The translations under genes were made by a program, and so were the position numbers. Below the pieces are notes generated by a model, which was given only the letters and a program-made list of their open reading frames with translations, was not told the origin of the DNA and searched no databases. Shown here in pieces: positions 41,394 through 50,212 of a stretch of DNA of 50,349 bases; position 1 is the stretch's first letter; each line of letters opens with the position of its first letter. Source of the DNA: Cyanophyceae cyanobacterium (GTDB lineage Bacteria; Cyanobacteriota; Cyanobacteriia; Cyanobacteriales; JBHJGN01); contig JBHJGN010000005.1 in NCBI GenBank assembly GCA_050331735.1, positions 1 to 50,349 on the forward strand, in the 5' to 3' direction.

Positions 41394-43217
41394 GTGAAGG
41401 GTGTGGGAACCAAAATTTCGACCTTGAGCTTAATTTTCTTAGTTGGTATGCCAACTAGGGGGGTAGCCCAGTCTCCGCCACCGGAAACAGATCTCCCGCC
41501 AACGGTTCCGGAAATCCTTGAACAAATCCTGCCCGAATCCTCTGATTCACCTGTTCCTGAGCAAGAACCGTTACCAACCCCGAATGAACCTCAGCTTCAA
41601 TTCCCTGCTCCTCAACCGACCCCAGAGATTGCTCCCCCCAGAGCAACTTTACCTGTAGAGACAGTAGAGATTTGGGGAAGTACGGTTTTAAGAGAACAGA
41701 TTGTCGAGACCATCAATTCCGGTCAGTATCAGAACCTAGAACAAGCAGAGCTCATTTGCCAACCAACCGTTGCTGATCGAAGCGTCGCAGAATCCCAACC
41801 TCCCCAAACCTGCATTATCCGGGCAAAAGTCAATGACGAAGGAATTACCTTTGAGGAATTACTGACCCTGCGCTCTGCCGTTACGCAATTATACATTGAG
41901 AATGACTACATTACCTCCGGTGCCTTCCTGCCCGTTAATCAAGTTCTCGAAGACGTCGTGCGACTGCAGGTCGTTGAAGGAAAGTTAGAGCAGGTTGAAA
42001 TTAGTGGCCTAAACCGCCTGCGAGAAGGCTACGTGCGCAGTCGCCTTGGCGTTACCCGCGATACCCCGCTCAATCAGGAACGCCTGCTAGACGCCCTGCG
42101 ACTACTTCAGCTCGATCCTCTCATCGAGCAAATTAATGCTGAATTAACGGCAGGAACGACGACCGGTCGCAGCGTCCTCCTCTTATCATTAGCAGAAGCC
42201 CCCGCTTTTCACAGCGGAGTGTTTGTCGGCAACAACCGCCCTCCCAGCATCGGTTCTACCCAAGGAGGTGTATTCATTGCCCACGATAATCTGTTGGGCT
42301 TAGGCGATCGCTTCCGGGCGGAGTACGGAACCAGCGAAGGACTTGACCTCTACGATATCAGCTATGCGATTCCGATCAACGCTAGCAACGGGACTGTAAG
42401 CTTTCGCTACAGCAACAGCGATAGCGATATTATCGCAGACGACTTTCGCGATTTAGAGATTAACAGCGAAGCAGACACCTTTTCTGTCGGTTTCCGACAG
42501 CCGATTGTCAGGTTGCCAGAAACTGAGGTGGCGCTTGGCTTAAGCTTAGACCTGCGTCGCAGCCAATCTTTTTTAGGCGATCGTCCTTTTTCTTTCTTCC
42601 TGGGTTCAGATAATGGCGAAAGTAATGTGACTGTACTGCGCTTTTCTCAAGAGTGGGTAGAGCGCCGAGCTGAGCGCATTCTCTCCGTTCGCTCTGAATT
42701 GAGCTTCGGCTTAGATGCTTTTGAGGCCACGATTAACGATACGGGGACTGACGGACAGTTCTTTGCTTGGCGAAAGCAGTTTCAATACGCGCAGCAGCTT
42801 CCCGCCAATCTTTTGCTGTTAACGGGAGTGAGTGCTCAACTAACGCCAGATTCTCTACTTCTCCTAGAGCGAATTGCTATCGGCGGAATTAGTACCGTCA
42901 AGGGCTATCAAGAAAACCAACTCGTAGCCGACAATGGCGTGATCGGTTCTGTCGAAGTCCGCATTCCGCTAGTTGACTCTGTCAGGAACCAGCTACAGCT
43001 AGCGCCCTTTTTTGAACTGGGGAGCGTCTGGAACAATGATGCTCCCGACCCCGAGCCCTCTACTATTGTCAGTTTAGGAACAGGTTTGCTTTGGCAGCTC
43101 GGCTCCAGTTTGGATCTGCGCCTATACTATGGTATTCCCCTCGTCTCAGTTGATCGTGACAGTGACTCGCTCCAGGCCAACGGCCTTCACTTTTTAGTCC
43201 GCTACCAGCTATTCTAA
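41394..43217 (+). CDS. TpsB (ShlB/FhaC/HecB) outer-membrane transporter
   Basis: Signal peptide, POTRA motifs YITSGA and QVVEG, NLLGLGD, VKGY loop, C-terminal Phe. Confidence 0.93.
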   Translation: MKGVGTKISTLSLIFLVGMPTRGVAQSPPPETDLPPTVPEILEQILPESSDSPVPEQEPLPTPNEPQLQFPAPQPTPEIAPPRATLPVETVEIWGSTVLREQIVETINSGQYQNLEQAELICQPTVADRSVAESQPPQTCIIRAKVNDEGITFEELLTLRSAVTQLYIENDYITSGAFLPVNQVLEDVVRLQVVEGKLEQVEISGLNRLREGYVRSRLGVTRDTPLNQERLLDALRLLQLDPLIEQINAELTAGTTTGRSVLLLSLAEAPAFHSGVFVGNNRPPSIGSTQGGVFIAHDNLLGLGDRFRAEYGTSEGLDLYDISYAIPINASNGTVSFRYSNSDSDIIADDFRDLEINSEADTFSVGFRQPIVRLPETEVALGLSLDLRRSQSFLGDRPFSFFLGSDNGESNVTVLRFSQEWVERRAERILSVRSELSFGLDAFEATINDTGTDGQFFAWRKQFQYAQQLPANLLLLTGVSAQLTPDSLLLLERIAIGGISTVKGYQENQLVADNGVIGSVEVRIPLVDSVRNQLQLAPFFELGSVWNNDAPDPEPSTIVSLGTGLLWQLGSSLDLRLYYGIPLVSVDRDSDSLQANGLHFLVRYQLF

Positions 43218-43610
43218 GTTGTTTGCGCCGGCGGGGAGTTTTCTACATTGGCATTGACAGGGTTCTTCACAAGAATTTTCTGCCATCCTCAACTGTCTAG
43301 GTAGCAAAGCTCGTTGCTCAGCTTCTGTTTTCTTTTTACTATAGTTGCAAAACGAACTGCACTTTCTCAAAAGAGTCTTTTCCAAGACTTAGGCAAAATG
43401 AAAGACTTAATCGGGCTCCCAAATATTGAACTAAACACAGCAAAAATATTACGTTGATGTTTATTAGCTTTTCTGTCAACAGTTTCCCTGCATACACTTT
43501 GGCAAACTCTGCGCCTAATTCTAGTAGTCATCTTTTTCCATCAGAAGAGTCTCAGAGCAATTTTAAGCTGGCGGCAATTCAGATTTTTTTGAATTCGGAA
43601 TGCCTAGCTT

Positions 43611-43747
43611 ATACCAATTAGAAAAAGTCATGAGAGACTTGATCTGTTGGGGAAAAGGGGAAAGGTAAACACAGCCAGCCTTTCCCTTTTAAAAGCCAGC
43701 TCTTTGTTAGTTAGGAGAACTATCTCACTACTTTCGGCAAATGGTAT
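43611..43747 (+). mobile_element. MITE-like element, copy 1
   Basis: Ends ATACCAATT...AAATGGTAT (imperfect TIR); internal GGGGAAA repeats; inverted relative at 43943-44080. Confidence 0.6.
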
Positions 43748-43879
43748 TACTTGAAGCTATAGTGAAAATTATTGGGAGTGATTGCCAGCGCTTTCTTGTT
43801 ACGTATTTCGGCAAACGGTATTGCTTGAAGCTATAGCGGAAGTGATTGAAAGTAATTGCCAGCGCTTTCTTGTTACGTA
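43732..43879 (+). repeat. 74-bp tandem duplication
   Basis: 43732-43805 versus 43806-43879: 65 of 74 positions identical by manual alignment. Confidence 0.9.
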
Positions 43880-43942
43880 TTGTTGCTTGCTTGTTGTTAG
43901 GAATTTTTAATAAATTCTTGATTTTTATTGCTAAATCTTGTC

Positions 43943-44080
43943 ATACCATTTACCGAAAGTAGTCAGATAATTTTCAAACTAACCAAGAATTGGAGGTTCA
44001 AGGGCAAAGAGCTGCTTTCCTTTCCCCTTTCCCCTTTCCCCCAACTCATCAAGTCTCCTATTACTTTTTCTAATTGGCAT
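43943..44080 (-). mobile_element. MITE-like element, copy 2 (inverted)
   Basis: Its reverse complement aligns end to end with 43611-43747, best at the two termini. Confidence 0.6.
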
Positions 44081-44298
44081 TATTTTTTTAGCTCTATTTC
44101 CGGAATTTTGTTCTCAAGAGATGAATAACATTAGTGAAAGCACCCTGAGCCAATTCGGTCAATTCTCAATTGTCCCTATAAAGCCGATTCTATTGTTCAT
44201 TCTCTTCGTTATTTTGGTATGCTGGATAACAACCAAAAAACGATTGAACGGAGAAGAAGTCGAGAACAAAACTATTATCTTAAGAAGGTTTAAGAAGC

Positions 44299-45972
44299 AT
44301 GTATCTTAAAGTATCAAAACCTGGAATAAAACGAGTTAAACAAGCTCGCAGAGAAAAAGGATGGGCAACCAATGATGCAACATGGCTCGAACAAGCCAGT
44401 CAGCTCGTCGATCCGGCGCTAAAAAAGTTGCCTCCCTATGCTAACGGCATCTCTTATGGGACTTGGACTCGTTTTTTAGCGGGAAAAGCAGTTAATATCC
44501 AAGCCTTAAAAGCCTACTGCACCGTGCTGGGCATCGATTGGGAAGAGGTTATTGACCGCGCGCAGACCCCAATTGCAGATATGGAGCGACACTGGGATTG
44601 GAATGAAGCTCCTGATACTGACTTGTTCTATGGACGAACGACAGAATTAATGACTCTAAACAACTGGACCGTTCAAGACCGCTGCCGCTTAGTAGGGGTG
44701 TTTGGAATTGGCGGTATCGGTAAAACGGCTCTCGTGGCTAAACTAGCGATTCAAGTGCAGGCCGATTTTGAATACATTATCTGGCGGACCCTCAGCAATA
44801 TTTCTCCCATTGACCAATTTCTGCTTAGTGTGATTAAGTTTTTCTCTCAGCAGCAGGAAACAGAACTGTCCCTACCTCAAGACCTGAATGGTAAAATCCG
44901 ACGACTCCTAGACTACCTGCGGCAACATCGCTGCCTACTGGTTTTAGACGGCCTAGACGCAATTCTTCAGAGCAGTGCTGGGTCTAGCCTCTGGGTCGGA
45001 GCTTATCGAGCCGGATACGAAGGCTATGGTCAACTGCTTCGTCAAGTGGGTGAATCTTTTCACCAAAGCTGTTTGCTACTGACGAGTCGAGAGAAACCGC
45101 TGCATTTTGTCTCTTTGGAAGGCGACTCCCTGCCCACTCGCTCCTTACAGCTTACTGGTCTCAATGCGGTAGATAGTAAAAAAGTTTTACAGCTTAAGGG
45201 TCAGCTCGTTGGCTCAGAAAGCGAATGGAAATTCTTAATCGATCGGTATGCAGGTCATCCGCTCGCTTTGAAGGTAGTCGGTGCTGCTGCTCAAGAGCTA
45301 TTCTGCTCCAGTATTTCAGCATTTTTGCAGCAAAAAATTACCATATTCGGCGGCATTCGCTACCTGCTCGACCAGCAGTTCAATCGTTTATCAGAGCTAG
45401 AAAAAGAGATTATGTACTGGCTGGCAATTCGGCAAGAACCTGTCTCGGTGACGGGACTCCTTGCCAGCCTGATATCGCCGGTATGCAGGCAACAGGTACT
45501 AGAGGCAATTGCAGCCCTGAAACGGCGCTTTTTGATTGAAACGTCCCCGTTTGGCTATACTCAACAGCCACTGATCGTGGAATACATAACCGAGCGCTTG
45601 GTGCAGCAGGTCTACACAGAAATTACTACTCAAAAGCTAGCATTGCTGACTAGTCATGCTCTGATTCAGGCTCAGGCAAAAGACGACATCAAAGTTAGAC
45701 AGGTCTGCGTCATTTTAGCACCACTTGCTGAGCGATTAAGGAATGCGTTCAAAACCAAGGGAGAACTTGAAGAGAAACTACAGCAGCTTGTCAGGAAGCT
45801 GCCAACTGACTGTGCTCAACCCGCAGGGTATGGAGCAGAAAACCTGATGAACCTGCTACACTTCCTTCACGGCAATCTCCCTGAAGAGCCTTTCTCCGGG
45901 GTTGCAATGATCCCCCAGAGATCGTTACAGAGAATTTGGAAACAGGAAGCAGCAGCCAGACCTCGTGGTTGA
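44299..45972 (+). CDS. HTH-NB-ARC (STAND) protein lacking a C-terminal WD40 sensor
   Basis: N-terminal Cro/C1-like region, DWNEAPD..FYGR, Walker A GIGGIGKT, Walker B LLVLDG, TSRE, GHPLAL; ends shortly after GYGAENLMNLL. Confidence 0.88.
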   Translation: MYLKVSKPGIKRVKQARREKGWATNDATWLEQASQLVDPALKKLPPYANGISYGTWTRFLAGKAVNIQALKAYCTVLGIDWEEVIDRAQTPIADMERHWDWNEAPDTDLFYGRTTELMTLNNWTVQDRCRLVGVFGIGGIGKTALVAKLAIQVQADFEYIIWRTLSNISPIDQFLLSVIKFFSQQQETELSLPQDLNGKIRRLLDYLRQHRCLLVLDGLDAILQSSAGSSLWVGAYRAGYEGYGQLLRQVGESFHQSCLLLTSREKPLHFVSLEGDSLPTRSLQLTGLNAVDSKKVLQLKGQLVGSESEWKFLIDRYAGHPLALKVVGAAAQELFCSSISAFLQQKITIFGGIRYLLDQQFNRLSELEKEIMYWLAIRQEPVSVTGLLASLISPVCRQQVLEAIAALKRRFLIETSPFGYTQQPLIVEYITERLVQQVYTEITTQKLALLTSHALIQAQAKDDIKVRQVCVILAPLAERLRNAFKTKGELEEKLQQLVRKLPTDCAQPAGYGAENLMNLLHFLHGNLPEEPFSGVAMIPQRSLQRIWKQEAAARPRG

Positions 45973-46047
45973 GGTCTGATCCTTTGTAGAAGGTGAAAGG
46001 ATTGCTCTAACTACCTCTCCCTGCTTCTCCTCTCTACTCTGATACTC

Positions 46048-46482
46048 CTAAGCCTGATCCCACCATGATCGAATATCATCAGGAAGAGACTGAGAAACGT
46101 TACTGATTTGCTCTCCAGACAGCTCATCCTTAGTCGCTTTGAAAATTGCCTTGGTCACGTTCTCGGGATCTGTGTCCGTCGGTAAAGCTCCCTCTTGAGA
46201 AAGCCGGAGCTTAAAAACACCAGGCGACTGGCTGATATTCTGCACTGGGCTAAGCTGGCTAAAAAAGCTGACCATCGGATTGGTATCTTTCCAGAGATCC
46301 TTGATTTCCATATCAGCTTTGGGGGCTTCTGTTTCTAACTCTGAGGCTACTTTGTCTACCTGTTCTTGTGGCATCATGTCTCGCAGAATGCGATAGACGA
46401 CTTTAGCCGCTACCTGTGCCTCATTAACGGTTTGCAGATTACTGTTCGCCACAATTTTTTCTAAAAAAGATTGGTTTTCCAT
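46048..46482 (-). CDS. DUF2267-family protein
   Basis: FLEKI, VVYRILRDMM, LWKDTNP, AIFKATKDELS, LPDDIRSWW. Confidence 0.75.
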   Translation of the reverse strand: MENQSFLEKIVANSNLQTVNEAQVAAKVVYRILRDMMPQEQVDKVASELETEAPKADMEIKDLWKDTNPMVSFFSQLSPVQNISQSPGVFKLRLSQEGALPTDTDPENVTKAIFKATKDELSGEQISNVSQSLPDDIRSWWDQA

Positions 46483-46685
46483 AGGAAATATTTCGCTCTA
46501 ATCAACTTCCGGTACTGAGCAAAAGCCACTTTGACTTCTACTAGCTGCATCGTAAAAGCTGTTGCAATCCCTAGCTTCGACTAAAGGGTAGAGCTTCTCT
46601 TAAGAAAGTGGTCTTTTCAAGAAAAAAGCCAAGAATCGCTCTTGGCCGATAGTAAAAATGTTGTATAAACAGCGTGACAACCAGC

Positions 46686-46874
46686 CTATTCTACCTGATG
46701 ACCAACGGCAGCGATCGCTTGCCGAATCGACTCTTCAGAGGCTCCAGTTTCTACAGTGACTACTTTCTTCTCTACATCAACATTGACTGTCGCGTTCGGT
46801 TCGTGGGTTTTAATTTCTTTGGTAATTTCATCAGCACAACCTTGACAAACAATGCTGGGAACTTTTAACTGCAT
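46686..46874 (-). CDS. Heavy-metal-associated (CopZ/Atx1-like) metallochaperone
   Basis: 62 aa with VPSIVCQGC (CxxC) and a C-terminal GH. Confidence 0.88.
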   Translation of the reverse strand: MQLKVPSIVCQGCADEITKEIKTHEPNATVNVDVEKKVVTVETGASEESIRQAIAAVGHQVE

Positions 46875-46963
46875 GGCTATTATTTAAGTATCTCGGTCGA
46901 ACAGTATTTCATTCTACAGTTATAAGAGTCTCTTGTAGCCAGTCTTTGGGTAGATGCAATCGC

Positions 46964-47215
46964 CTACCACTTCAACGTTGCTGCTTCAATGCCCTGCTCC
47001 CGACGAATCTTTGCGTCCTTCTCAAACCACTGAATTAGCTGTTTGTGGGTTAATTCTTCGAGAGGAACGCCGACATCTTGAGCAACGATCTTCAGTAATC
47101 TCAAGGAGGATATGGTTAATCGCGTTAGAAATTTCTCTGGGGAAGACAGTAAAGCCGCATCGACATCTAAAGATTCCTCAGTCGTCAGAAATTGAGTGGT
47201 TGGTTGTTGGGTCAT
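46964..47215 (-). CDS. Conserved cyanobacterial hypothetical protein
   Basis: FLTTEES..VDAALLS..EKFLTRLTISS; ATG at 47215 avoids overlap with the SDR gene. Confidence 0.7.
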   Translation of the reverse strand: MTQQPTTQFLTTEESLDVDAALLSSPEKFLTRLTISSLRLLKIVAQDVGVPLEELTHKQLIQWFEKDAKIRREQGIEAATLKW

Positions 47216-47295
47216 GGCTCTTTGGTGACTATCAATTTCTAGGGTAGGAGATAAACTAGATAAATTCCGATGAGACCCACGATCGTACAGCGTCA

Positions 47296-48054
47296 ATGTC
47301 AAAAACGAGTGTTAAGAGTGCTCTTGTTGTCGGAGCTAATCAGGGAATCGGCTTCGGATTTGTGAACAAGCTGCTGCAAGACGAGCAGATAGCGAAGGTG
47401 TATGCGACATACCGCCAGCAGCCTTCTGCTGAACTAACGGCTTGCCAAAAGCAATATCCTCAGCGTTTGGAATGCTTGGTAATGGATCTTACTGACGAGG
47501 CGCAAATTGTTCAAGGCGTAGAAAAGCTACAGGCAGATACGGATAATCTTCAGTTAGCGATTAACTGCGTTGGTATCCTTCATGAGGGGGAATTGCAGCC
47601 CGAAAAAAGTTTAAGGCAGATTAATTCAGATCAACTGCTGCGCTACTTTCAGGTGAACAGTATCGGCGCTGTGCTGCTGGCAAAGCATCTTTTGCCTCTG
47701 TTTCGTCACGGCGATCGCAGTATCTTCGCTACTATCTCTGCTAAGATTGGCAGCATTGGGGACAACCGCTTGGGGGGCTGGTACGGCTATCGCGCGTCTA
47801 AAGCCGCTCTCAACATGCTCATGCGGACCACAGCGATTGAGTATGGCAGAAAAAGCCCAAAAACAATTGTAGTCACGCTCCACCCTGGCACAACCGATAC
47901 CCGCCTCTCTCGCCCGTTTCAGAAAAACGTCCCCGATGAAAAGCTATTTTCCGTCGAGCGAACGGTAACGCAATTACTCACCGTCATAAATCACTTAACT
48001 GAAACCGACAGCGGACAGTTTTTTTCCTGGGACGGCAGCCGCTTGCCTTGGTAA
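47296..48054 (+). CDS. SDR oxidoreductase (CsgA/C-factor-like)
   Basis: GANQGIG, YGYRASKAALN, HPGTTDT, C-terminal LPW. Confidence 0.92.
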   Translation: MSKTSVKSALVVGANQGIGFGFVNKLLQDEQIAKVYATYRQQPSAELTACQKQYPQRLECLVMDLTDEAQIVQGVEKLQADTDNLQLAINCVGILHEGELQPEKSLRQINSDQLLRYFQVNSIGAVLLAKHLLPLFRHGDRSIFATISAKIGSIGDNRLGGWYGYRASKAALNMLMRTTAIEYGRKSPKTIVVTLHPGTTDTRLSRPFQKNVPDEKLFSVERTVTQLLTVINHLTETDSGQFFSWDGSRLPW

Positions 48055-48264
48055 GCGCCGTCGGCGCGGTAAAAGTGCCAAAGGCACGGGAAAGGGGAAA
48101 AGGGGAAGGGGAAAGGGAGGGGTTATAAACCTTGTTCCTTAGCTCTGTGTTCTTCTCCCGTCGCGTGCTTCGTGCGGCGGCAAACTTTCCCTTTCCCCGT
48201 TCCCCGTTCCGCCAGGAACAATTTCCCCGTTCCCCGTCCCGTAGGGACAATTTCCCCTTTCCCC
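48055..48264. repeat. GGGGAAA/TTTCCCC heptamer arrays with mini-hairpins, in inverted arrangement
   Basis: Purine-rich arm at about 48088-48122 and pyrimidine-rich arm at about 48186-48264; hairpins at 48055, 48075, 48206 and 48236. Confidence 0.75.
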
Positions 48265-48626
48265 TATTTCGGCTGAAAAGTAAACAGGCATAGCGCCCTA
48301 GTCTAACAACAATCCAGAAGGGGGTTGAGTTTTCTCAGTCTGCTGCTGTCACTACGCCTGTGAGTAGCAACGGAACGAAAACGTCTGCTAAGGCTGAAAG
48401 TGATGTGTGAAGGTAATTCTAGACATCATTATTCTCCGGGTTGTTTAGTTGCTTGGCTAGGTAGTTAACGACAGCATCAGGAACTTCTGTCGGTACAGAC
48501 AGAATTCTTCTTTTTAGTTAAGGTTTGATGACAATAAACTTGGTGCGCCTCAATTCGGAGGTTCCCTCCGAGGCGGCGCATCCGCTTTTTGAAGTGCTCA
48601 AAAATACCTCCTCGTAGAGATCGGGT

Positions 48627-49628
48627 CTAATCTTGATACTCGTCGTTCTGCCAAGTCCCTTCTACGCGGGTTCCATCCGCAAAAATATAGGCTCCAGTTC
48701 CGTGCTTTTGACCGTTAAGGAATTGCCCCTCAAACGTATCTCCACTTGCATAATCGCAAATTGCTTCGCCATTAAGCTGACCCTCGCTAAATTCTCCCGT
48801 ACAGCGATCGCCGTTGGCAAATAAAAATACTCCGCTGCCGTTAAACTGTCCGTTAGCAAACTGCCCTTTATACTGGTTGCCGTTGGCAAAGGTATAGGTT
48901 CCCGTTCCGGCAAATTTCCCTTGGCTAAACTGCCCTTCGTAGCGGTTGCCCTGGGCATTAACGCGGACTCCCTCCCCACTAAACTGTCCCTCGCTGAACG
49001 CCCCTTTGTAGCTACCGCCATCAGCATACGTTAACGTTCCTTGACCATGAGGCTTGCCATCACGCAATTCTCCCTCATAGCGGTTGCCATTGGCATAGGT
49101 GCAAACCCCTTGTCCGTTGAGTTGACCGTTGCTGATCTCACCAGTGCAGCGATCGCCATTGGGGTAGGTAAACGTTCCTTGACCGATGGGGTTGCCGTCT
49201 TTGAACTCTCCCTCAAAGCGCCCGCCATCGTCAGAGATATATACTCCCGTCCCCTGGGGTTGACCGTCCTGAAACGTGCCTTCGTAGCGATCACCATTAG
49301 CGTATACTCTCACGCCCTGACCGTTAATCGTATCGTTTGCAAACTCTCCTTCATAGCGACCCCCATCGACAAAGGTGTAAACACCCCGACCCTGTTTCTT
49401 GCCCTCAACAAAGTTGCCTTCGTAGCGATCGCCATTGCCATAGGTACAGGTTCCCTCGCCGTTGAGGGTGCCAGAACTGATTTCGCCTTCACACTGTCCG
49501 CCGCCGGGTAAAGTGACTGTCTCGGCGATCGCCTCTAGCGGAAGGAAAAAATTGGCTAGCTCAAAACTTGAAGCCGTTAACAATGCCATTCCTAATCTGC
49601 AAATTTTCAACTGATTATTCATTCTCAT
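48627..49628 (-). CDS. MORN-repeat protein with signal peptide
   Basis: Many YEGxFxxGxxxGxGxYT repeats of 23 aa. Confidence 0.92.
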   Translation of the reverse strand: MRMNNQLKICRLGMALLTASSFELANFFLPLEAIAETVTLPGGGQCEGEISSGTLNGEGTCTYGNGDRYEGNFVEGKKQGRGVYTFVDGGRYEGEFANDTINGQGVRVYANGDRYEGTFQDGQPQGTGVYISDDGGRFEGEFKDGNPIGQGTFTYPNGDRCTGEISNGQLNGQGVCTYANGNRYEGELRDGKPHGQGTLTYADGGSYKGAFSEGQFSGEGVRVNAQGNRYEGQFSQGKFAGTGTYTFANGNQYKGQFANGQFNGSGVFLFANGDRCTGEFSEGQLNGEAICDYASGDTFEGQFLNGQKHGTGAYIFADGTRVEGTWQNDEYQD

Positions 49629-49670
49629 TAACTATCGATTGTTGGTTCGCTGTTCTCTAGCTGCTCGACT

Positions 49671-50212
49671 TTACTCCTGTTCTTCATTTTGATCGCCTTC
49701 AATGCGCTCCTGAAGATTGTCTGGCTCTAATTCTATTTCTGTTGGCGCTGAGGGTTGCGCTGGTGCTAATTGTTCCTGCTGCTGGCGTTGTTCAACTTGA
49801 CGTTCGCGCTCCTGACGCTCTCGCTCAAGCTGTGCCTGACGTTCTTGGCGTTCTCGCTCCGCCTGTGCCTCTCGTTCTCGTTGTTCGCGTTCGCGAGCCT
49901 GACGCTCCCGCTCCGCTTGCTCTTCCCGTTCGCGGGCGGTACGGTCAAATTCGGAGCCTGCTACCGTAAAATTAACGTTGATCTGAACTGAAGCTTGACC
50001 CCCGCCACTAGGAGCAGAAAACTTCATCTGTTGAGCAGCAAGGAGAGCTTGACGATTAATCTGACTATTGCTGTTGGCTCTGGCAAGGGTGGCGCTTGTA
50101 ACGTTGCCGCTGCCGTCTACTACCACCTGTACAGCGGCACTGCCTTCAGCTCCATCCAGAACGGATGGATAGGAAGGCTGACAGCGGCTGACGCAACTAA
50201 TGCCGCCACCAC
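49671..50212 (-). pseudogene. 3' part of a TonB-family energy transducer, interrupted by an IS
   Basis: The frame extends upstream of the track ORF as GGGGISCVSRCQPSYPSVLDGAEGSAAVQVVVDGSGNV (TonB C-domain), then runs into IS sequence at 50213. Confidence 0.75.

Noticed and set aside
38380..43217. Contact-dependent inhibition (CDI) toxin system
   Set aside because: TpsA is only about 1000 aa, with no VENN or toxin domain and no immunity ORF.
43732..43879. CRISPR mini-array
   Set aside because: Only two units, and the would-be spacers are homologous to each other, so this is a tandem duplication.
43928..44309. ORFs 43928-44128 and 44121-44309
   Set aside because: The first is a translation of the MITE and heptamer repeats; the second has no motif or clear RBS, although a small TM peptide cannot be excluded.
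42312..46710. Apparent absence of HIP1 sites as a sign of recent horizontal transfer
   Set aside because: Judged by eye only; multi-kb gaps also occur in core genes such as acnB, and the rest of the island is HIP1-rich.
47984..48250. 88-aa minus-strand ORF
   Set aside because: It translates the heptamer/hairpin repeat array and overlaps the SDR gene.
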